From the NCBI GenBank assembly GCA_002390455.1, contig DGPN01000047.1, forward strand, positions 4,622 to 68,621: a stretch of 64,000 bases of DNA, given 5' to 3'. This DNA comes from Flavobacteriaceae bacterium UBA4439. Its GTDB lineage: Bacteria > Bacteroidota > Bacteroidia > Flavobacteriales > Flavobacteriaceae. The notes below the pieces were generated by a model, which was not told the DNA's origin, did not search any database, and was given only the letters and a program-made list of their open reading frames with translations. Below, one piece after another: positions 58,290 to 64,000 of the stretch. Numbering within the stretch: position 1 is the stretch's first letter; the number at the start of each line of letters is the position of its first letter. Position numbers and translations under genes: made by a program.

Positions 58290-59542
58290 AATTCGAAAAT
58301 GTTTTTAATTTTATTTATATAATCAAGTTTTTCCCAAGTAAAAAGTTCAACGGTTTTCTCCACCCTACCACTGTATGGTGATTCAAATATTTTGTTGATC
58401 TCTCTTGGCTGTCTTCCCATGTGACCATAAGCAGCAGTTTCGAGGTAGATGGGGTTTCTCAGTTTAAGTCGATTTTCGATGGCAAAAGGGCGCAAATCAA
58501 AAATTTCACTCACCTTCTTAGCAATTTCTGGGTCAGAGAGGGAAACTTTGGAAGTGTTGTAAGTGTTGATGTTGATAGAAGTTGGTTCCACCACTCCAAT
58601 GGCATAACTCAATTGAACCAATATCTCTTTGGCCACTCCTGCAGCCACTAGATTTTTGGCGATATGCCTCGCTGCATAAGCCGCACTTCGGTCTACTTTA
58701 CTGGGGTCTTTTCCACTGAAAGCTCCTCCACCGTGTGCTCCTTTGCCTCCATAAGTATCAACAATAATTTTTCTTCCAGTTAATCCTGTATCACCATGAG
58801 GACCTCCTATCACAAATTTTCCAGTAGGATTGATGTGGTAAGTGATCTCTTGATTGAATAGCTTTTGAATGTGAGCTGGTTCTTTTTCGATTACATTTTT
58901 AATGGCGATATTAATGATGTCGCTTTTGATTTTTTCGAGCATCTGTTCGTCGTCCTCTAAAAATTGATCGTGTTGGGTAGAGACCACAATGGTGTCGATG
59001 CGCAATGGTTCCCCTTGGTCAGTGTATTCAATGGTAACCTGTGATTTTGAATCAGGCCGGAGATATGTAATATCTTTGTTATCCCTTCTAAGGGCGGCCA
59101 GTTCAATCAATATTTTATGTGATAAATCCAGAGCCAACGGAATGTAGTTGTGCGTTTCATCGGTTGCATAACCGAACATGATCCCTTGGTCTCCAGCTCC
59201 TTGATTTTCTTTTTCGGCTCGGTCAACCCCCCGATTGATATCTTGTGACTGCTCATGGATCAAAGAGATTACCCCACAGGAATTTCCGCTAAACTGGTAT
59301 TCGTCTTTAGTGTATCCAATTTTGTTAATGGTTTCGCGAGCGATACTTTGAACGTCCAAGTAGGTATGACTCTTGACCTCGCCAGCCAGTATGGCTTGCC
59401 CAGTAGTAACCAAGGTTTCACAGGCTACTTTACTCTCGGGGTCGAAGGCAATAAAATTATCTAAAAGGGCGTCGCTGATTTGATCTGAGACCTTGTCAGG
59501 GTGTCCTTCGCTAACAGATTCTGAGGTGAAAAAATAAGACAT
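58286..59542 (-). CDS. metK: Methionine adenosyltransferase
   Basis: [35 protein letters not shown]. Confidence 0.95.
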   Translation of the reverse strand: MSYFFTSESVSEGHPDKVSDQISDALLDNFIAFDPESKVACETLVTTGQAILAGEVKSHTYLDVQSIARETINKIGYTKDEYQFSGNSCGVISLIHEQSQDINRGVDRAEKENQGAGDQGIMFGYATDETHNYIPLALDLSHKILIELAALRRDNKDITYLRPDSKSQVTIEYTDQGEPLRIDTIVVSTQHDQFLEDDEQMLEKIKSDIINIAIKNVIEKEPAHIQKLFNQEITYHINPTGKFVIGGPHGDTGLTGRKIIVDTYGGKGAHGGGAFSGKDPSKVDRSAAYAARHIAKNLVAAGVAKEILVQLSYAIGVVEPTSININTYNTSKVSLSDPEIAKKVSEIFDLRPFAIENRLKLRNPIYLETAAYGHMGRQPREINKIFESPYSGRVEKTVELFTWEKLDYINKIKNIFEL

Positions 59543-59645
59543 TTGTATGTTGCTTTCTGGGGGGATTTGACAGAGTACGTCTTAAAGCAACTACTGCTTT
59601 AGCATTTTTTTAAGAGGTTGCAATCAGTCAAATCCTTCCTCAATT
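59543..59645 (-). promoter_or_regulatory. Structured 5' leader of metK; candidate SAM-responsive riboswitch (class unresolved)
   Basis: Minus-sense RNA contains a 9-bp closing helix GGAUUUGAC...GUCAAAUCC, the SAM-I-like strings GCAACC and UGCUAAAGCAG, and a GUUGCUUU segment. That segment can pair either with the upstream AAAGCA or with AAAGCAAC 7 nt before the AUG. Confidence 0.4.
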
Positions 59646-59651
59646 AGGTTA

Positions 59652-59681
59652 CAAATGTATTACTAATTTTTAAATTTCAAA
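59652..59681 (-). promoter_or_regulatory. Bacteroidota-type promoter for the metK operon
   Basis: Minus sense: TTTG - 18 nt - TACATTTG (TAnnTTTG), about 110 nt upstream of the metK ATG. Confidence 0.5.
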
Positions 59682-59803
59682 AAAAAATATTTATTTGACC
59701 GATATCGATCTCAAAAAAAATAAGTTTTTAGAAAAAATTTCAGCCATTGATAAATACGAATCAGTAAAAAAGTAACTATCTTTCAAAAACTTAAAAGTAA
59801 AAA

Positions 59804-60418
59804 ATGTACGTCGCTGTTGCCGGAAATATAGGTGCTGGAAAAACCAGTTTGGCGGAGTTACTCTCCAAACACTATGGTTGGGAAGCCCATTTTGAAGATG
59901 TTATTGACAACCCCTATTTGGATGATTTCTACAATCACATGGAACGTTGGTCATTCAATCTTCAGATATACTTTCTAAATAGCAGATTTGGGCAACTTAA
60001 AAATTTCAAAGCTTCAAACAAAGATTTCATTCAAGACAGGACCATCTATGAAGATGCTCGTATTTTCGCTCCCAATCTTCACGCCATGGGATTAATGAAT
60101 CAGCGGGATTTCAATAACTACCAATCACTTTTTGGATTGATGGAATCCATGGTCGAGGCACCAGATATGCTCATTTATCTCAGGAGTAGTATTCCCAACT
60201 TGGTTCACAAGATTCACAAAAGAGGTCGGGAATATGAAAACTCCATAAGCATAGAGTATCTGAGTAGATTGAATGAAAGATATGAAGCTTGGATTTCTAC
60301 CTATGACAAGGGAAAGCTTCTGATTGTCGATGTTGACCAATTTGATTTTGTTGAAAACAAAAGTGATTTAGGTAAAATCATCGAAAAAATTGATGCCGAT
60401 CTAAACGGTTTATTTTAA
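59804..60418 (+). CDS. Deoxynucleoside kinase
   Basis: P-loop AGNIGAGKTS, the DRTIYED (ERS-like) motif, 204 aa. Confidence 0.85.
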   Translation: MYVAVAGNIGAGKTSLAELLSKHYGWEAHFEDVIDNPYLDDFYNHMERWSFNLQIYFLNSRFGQLKNFKASNKDFIQDRTIYEDARIFAPNLHAMGLMNQRDFNNYQSLFGLMESMVEAPDMLIYLRSSIPNLVHKIHKRGREYENSISIEYLSRLNERYEAWISTYDKGKLLIVDVDQFDFVENKSDLGKIIEKIDADLNGLF

Positions 60419-60534
60419 ACCTCCAAAGCCTAAGGTATTTTTAGGTTTTAAATCATAGAAATTTATAGGCTTAAGATTGTTTTATATTAGGAATGGTTTT
60501 ACTATTTTTGGAGCCATTAAAAAACCATTATTTC

Positions 60535-62775
60535 ATGAAATTTGTAATTGACTTTTTACCTGTTTTCGGGCTATTAGCCTTGCTATTTGTATTTATAAAA
60601 AATAATTGGATTGCCAAACAAGAGATTGGCACCGAAAAAATGGCAATCATTGCCGAAAACATTGCCAAAGGAGCTATGTCTTTCCTGAAAGCTGAATATA
60701 GGATTTTATCCATTTTTGTGGTTTGCTTGGCTGTACTGTTGTACATCAAAGGAAGTAATGAAGAAGGATCACATGGAATGGTTGCCCTTTCCTTTGTGGT
60801 AGGTGCCATTTGTTCAGCACTTGCAGGTTTTATCGGAATGCGTGTGGCGACCAAAGCAAATGTAAGAACGACCAATGCCGCAAGGACTTCACTGGGTAAA
60901 GCCTTGGAAGTTGCTTTCACAGGAGGTTCCGTAATGGGATTAGGTGTTGTTGGTTTGGGTGTATTGGGTTTGAGTAGTTTGTTCGCTTTTTATCAAAACG
61001 TTTGGCCTGGTGCCGAAAACTTGACTACTGTACTGAATGTATTGACTGGGTTCTCTATGGGCGCCTCTTCGATTGCCTTGTTTGCAAGAGTAGGTGGTGG
61101 AATTTATACCAAAGCAGCCGATGTAGGTGCTGACTTGGTTGGTAAGGTTGAAGCAGGAATCCCTGAAGATCATCCTCTAAACCCCGCAACCATTGCGGAT
61201 AACGTAGGGGACAATGTAGGAGATGTTGCTGGTATGGGCGCTGATTTATTTGAATCTTATGTAGGTTCAATCATCGGGACGATGGTACTGGGAGCTTTTA
61301 TCATTACCCCCGAATTTGGAGGATTGGGTGCTGTTTATCTACCTCTTGTACTCGCTGCATTTGGGATTGTAATGTCTATCATTGGAACCTTTTTTGTGAA
61401 AGTTAAAGAAGGTGGTAACCCTCAAACCGCACTGAATCTAGGAGAATTTGGATCGGCAGGTTTGATGGTGATCGTATCCTATTTTGTGATTCAAATAATG
61501 ATTCCTGAATCAACAGAGGGCTTACCTTTCGGTGCTATGGGAGTGTTTTTAGCGACCATATCTGGATTAGTTGCTGGTTTGGGTGTTGGAAAAATTACTG
61601 AATATTACACTGGAACTGGAACCAAGCCCGTCTCTGCAATTGTTCGTCAATCTGAAACTGGAGCGGCTACCAATATAATTGCTGGTTTGGGTGTGGGTAT
61701 GATGTCAACTATGATTCCTATTCTACTCATCGCAGCTGCGATATTAATATCTCATCACTACGCAGGATTATATGGTATAGCCATTGCCGCTGTAGGGATG
61801 TTGGCCAATACAGGAATTCAATTGGCCGTTGATGCTTACGGACCCATCTCCGACAATGCAGGTGGGATTGCTGAAATGGCAGAATTGCCTGCCGAAGTAA
61901 GAGAGCGCACAGACAAGTTGGATGCCGTAGGAAACACTACTGCTGCTATTGGAAAAGGTTTCGCCATTGCCTCTGCTGCCCTTACGGCCTTAGCATTATT
62001 CTCAGCCTTTATGCAAGTAGCCAATGTCACCGCAATCGATGTTTCCAAGCCCAAAGTAATGGCTGGACTCCTTGTGGGAGGTATGTTGCCATTTGTTTTT
62101 TCTGCACTCTCCATGAATGCAGTTGGACGTGCGGCCATGTCAATGATTGAAGAAGTAAGAAGACAATTTAAAGATATTCCCGAATTGAAAGCGGCACTCG
62201 AAATTATGAGAAAATACGACGCTGATATTTCCAAAGCTAGCGCCAAAGACCGTGCTATTTTTGACGCGGCCGACGGTAAAGCAGATTACGAAAAGTGTGT
62301 TGAGATTTCTACCAAAGCCTCCATCAAAGAAATGGTGATGCCCGGACTATTGGCCATATTAGTGCCTGTAGCTGTAGGTTTACTGGGAGGTGCAGAAATG
62401 CTTGGAGGTCTTTTGGCTGGTGTTACCACTTGTGGTATACTGATGGCCATTTTCCAATCTAACGCTGGAGGTGCATGGGACAATGCCAAAAAAATGATCG
62501 AATCTGATGGAAAAAAAGGTACTGACGCTCACAAAGCGGCAGTAGTTGGTGATACTGTTGGAGATCCATTTAAGGATACTTCAGGACCTTCCCTTAATAT
62601 CCTACTAAAATTGATGTCTGTAGTGGCCTTGGTGATTGCACCAACCATTGCAATCAACGGGGATACCATGGGAGAGAAAATTGTAAAACCTGAGCATACC
62701 ATTAGTATCGAAGCAGAAGAAGAATCTGATATTGCTGACAATAGTGTTCGTTACGAAGATCTTATTGAAAAGTAG
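60535..62775 (+). CDS. hppA: Membrane-bound H+/Na+-translocating pyrophosphatase
   Basis: The start is set at [50 protein letters not shown], and the C-terminal [17 protein letters not shown]. Confidence 0.95.
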   Translation: MKFVIDFLPVFGLLALLFVFIKNNWIAKQEIGTEKMAIIAENIAKGAMSFLKAEYRILSIFVVCLAVLLYIKGSNEEGSHGMVALSFVVGAICSALAGFIGMRVATKANVRTTNAARTSLGKALEVAFTGGSVMGLGVVGLGVLGLSSLFAFYQNVWPGAENLTTVLNVLTGFSMGASSIALFARVGGGIYTKAADVGADLVGKVEAGIPEDHPLNPATIADNVGDNVGDVAGMGADLFESYVGSIIGTMVLGAFIITPEFGGLGAVYLPLVLAAFGIVMSIIGTFFVKVKEGGNPQTALNLGEFGSAGLMVIVSYFVIQIMIPESTEGLPFGAMGVFLATISGLVAGLGVGKITEYYTGTGTKPVSAIVRQSETGAATNIIAGLGVGMMSTMIPILLIAAAILISHHYAGLYGIAIAAVGMLANTGIQLAVDAYGPISDNAGGIAEMAELPAEVRERTDKLDAVGNTTAAIGKGFAIASAALTALALFSAFMQVANVTAIDVSKPKVMAGLLVGGMLPFVFSALSMNAVGRAAMSMIEEVRRQFKDIPELKAALEIMRKYDADISKASAKDRAIFDAADGKADYEKCVEISTKASIKEMVMPGLLAILVPVAVGLLGGAEMLGGLLAGVTTCGILMAIFQSNAGGAWDNAKKMIESDGKKGTDAHKAAVVGDTVGDPFKDTSGPSLNILLKLMSVVALVIAPTIAINGDTMGEKIVKPEHTISIEAEEESDIADNSVRYEDLIEK

Positions 62776-62807
62776 ATTCTACTCCAAAATTAAAAATTTA
62801 TAATACT

Positions 62808-62845
62808 AAAGACCCAGCACAATCCGAATGTTGGGTCTTTTTTTA
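62808..62845 (+). terminator. Intrinsic terminator after hppA
   Basis: AAAGACCCAGCA-CAATCCGAA-TGTTGGGTCTTT followed by TTTTT; the stem contains one G.U pair. Confidence 0.7.
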
Positions 62846-62960
62846 TTTATAAAATAAAGAAAGGAACTATTTTTTTTAGTTAATCTAACGCTTGGAAAAC
62901 TATTAAAAAATGATTCCTAAGTGAAGTTTTTTTTTTTGGAATCACCGAAAGATTAGTAGA

Positions 62961-63941
62961 TTATTTTAGGTACATCACTTTTTTAACCGCTTTGATCACA
63001 TCTTCGCTATTGGGAATCCACTCAGCCAACAAAACTGGAGAGTAAGGCGCGGGGGTATCAGCTGTATTTATTTTTTCTATGGGTGCATCAAGAAAATCAA
63101 ATATTTGATTTTGAACCTGATAAGTGATTTCAGTAGAAATATTTCCAAAAGGCCAAGACTCTTCTAGGATGACCAATCGATTGGTTTTTTTAACGGAGTT
63201 AAAAATGGCTTCATAATCCATAGGGCGTATGGTTCTGAGATCAATTATTTCACAATCGATGCCTTCTTTTGATAAAGACTCAGCTGCTTCATAAGCGACT
63301 TTGATGATTTTGCCGAAAGACACTACAGTTACGTCTTTCCCCTCTCTTTTAATATCCGCAACACCAATGGGAAGCGTATATTCTCCCTCGGGGACTTCCC
63401 CTTTGTCTCCATACATTTGTTCTGACTCCATAAAAATTACGGGATCATTATCTCTAATGGCCGATTTCAAAAGACCTTTAGCATCGTATGGATTGGAAGG
63501 AACAATGACTTTCAAGCCAGGGCAGTTGGCATACCAACTTTCGAAGGCTTGTGAATGCGTTGCGGCCAATTGACCTGCCGATGCTGTGGGTCCTCTGAAC
63601 ACAATAGGGCAAGGAAATTGTCCCCCAGACATCTGACGAATCTTGGCTGCATTATTAATGATTTGGTCAATCCCTACTAAAGCAAAATTGAAGGTCATAA
63701 ATTCGATTATTGGACGGTTTCCTGTCATGGTCGAACCTACTCCAATTCCTGCAAAACCCAATTCGGAGATGGGTGTGTCAATCACACGTTTGTCGCCAAA
63801 TTCGTCGAGCATACCTTTGGAAGCCTTGTAAGCACCATTGTATTCTGCGACCTCTTCTCCCATCAAATAGATGGATTCATCTCTTCGCATTTCTTCCGAC
63901 ATTGCCTGGCAAATAGCCTCTCTGAATTGAATCGTTTTCAT
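62961..63941 (-). CDS. pdhB: Pyruvate (2-oxoacid) dehydrogenase E1 component beta subunit
   Basis: 326 aa: MGEEVAEYNGAYKASKG, DTPISELGFAGIGVG and a transketolase-like C-terminal domain. Confidence 0.9.
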   Translation of the reverse strand: MKTIQFREAICQAMSEEMRRDESIYLMGEEVAEYNGAYKASKGMLDEFGDKRVIDTPISELGFAGIGVGSTMTGNRPIIEFMTFNFALVGIDQIINNAAKIRQMSGGQFPCPIVFRGPTASAGQLAATHSQAFESWYANCPGLKVIVPSNPYDAKGLLKSAIRDNDPVIFMESEQMYGDKGEVPEGEYTLPIGVADIKREGKDVTVVSFGKIIKVAYEAAESLSKEGIDCEIIDLRTIRPMDYEAIFNSVKKTNRLVILEESWPFGNISTEITYQVQNQIFDFLDAPIEKINTADTPAPYSPVLLAEWIPNSEDVIKAVKKVMYLK

Positions 63942-64000
63942 TTAAATATTTTTTGCATTACAAATTTAATTAAATGCTAACGGATAAGTGGTTTTAGCAT

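Noticed and set aside
60426-60452. Possible terminator after the deoxynucleoside kinase gene (AAGCCTAA-GGTATTT-TTAGGTTT).
   Set aside because: The stem is weak, AU-rich and contains a G.U pair, and there is only a short T run. This is not strong enough to annotate.
60492-60529. 9-bp hairpin AATGGTTTT...AAAACCATT immediately upstream of the hppA ATG.
   Set aside because: It is purely AT-rich with a large loop, and I know of no regulatory motif it matches. It could affect translation, but there is no supporting evidence.
60528-62741. Minus-strand ORFs (67-136 aa) inside hppA.
   Set aside because: They are antisense to the pyrophosphatase gene. The Ala/Ser/Pro-rich products are typical of reverse frames of a Gly/Ala/Val-rich membrane protein.
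1-64000. Whole-window scan for CRISPR arrays, tRNA/rRNA genes, transposases, integrases, toxin-antitoxin pairs or defence islands.
   Set aside because: I saw no regularly spaced direct repeats, no tRNA-like GTTCGAATC/T-arm contexts outside coding sequence, and no recombinase, transposase or nuclease-helicase gene clusters. The only accessory-looking loci are the repeat-protein gene and the T9SS cassette.

Overview
This 64 kb window is chromosomal DNA that looks like Bacteroidota, probably Flavobacteriales. The inference rests on gene content (type IX secretion system (T9SS) and gliding genes, Na+-NQR, H+/Na+-PPase), TAnnTTTG-type promoters and about 40% GC. It is densely packed and mostly housekeeping. 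I saw no rRNA, tRNA, CRISPR array, transposase or integrase.

Main blocks:
- 1-13.9 kb: cell-envelope and translation genes (truncated M1 peptidase, ddl, coaD, pyrE, birA, rsfS, ftsH, cdsA, psd).
- 13.9-16.3 kb: a 779-aa secreted, Asp-rich repeat protein inserted between psd and valS.
- 16.5-27.1 kb: valS, murB, dtd, rsgA, gpmI, map.
- 27.1-31.2 kb: a T9SS cassette (type-B C-terminal sorting domain (CTD) cargo, a frameshifted PorP/SprF gene, a 688-aa repeat surface protein).
- 31.2-38.4 kb: nqrABCDEF, an uncharacterised 117-aa ORF, then apbE.
- 38.6-43.3 kb: T9SS plug-like protein, apaG, rsmG, a desaturase and an aminotransferase.
- 43.4-47.3 kb: aromatic amino acid operon (pheA, aminotransferase, tyrA, DAHP synthase/chorismate mutase).
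- 47.5-49.8 kb: a small 55-aa ORF, an oxidoreductase and a gldA-like ABC ATPase.
- 49.8-59.5 kb: methionine/SAM operon (metK, metY, metX, osmC-like, metB/Z-like, split metH, metF).
- 59.8-63.9 kb: a deoxynucleoside kinase, hppA and PDH E1-beta.

Most interesting non-obvious signals:
1. A 22-codon Phe/Tyr-rich leader peptide with mutually exclusive antiterminator and terminator hairpins and a consensus promoter, upstream of pheA.
2. A structured ~100-nt leader upstream of metK with SAM-riboswitch-like strings; the class is unresolved.
3. The alternating Cys-plus/Cys-minus DxDxDG repeat protein.
4. The broken PorP/SprF partner gene in the T9SS type-B cassette.
5. The translationally coupled 117-aa ORF between nqrF and apbE.

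I found no convincing multi-gene defence or mobile system. All functional calls come from motif recognition by eye and are not database-verified.
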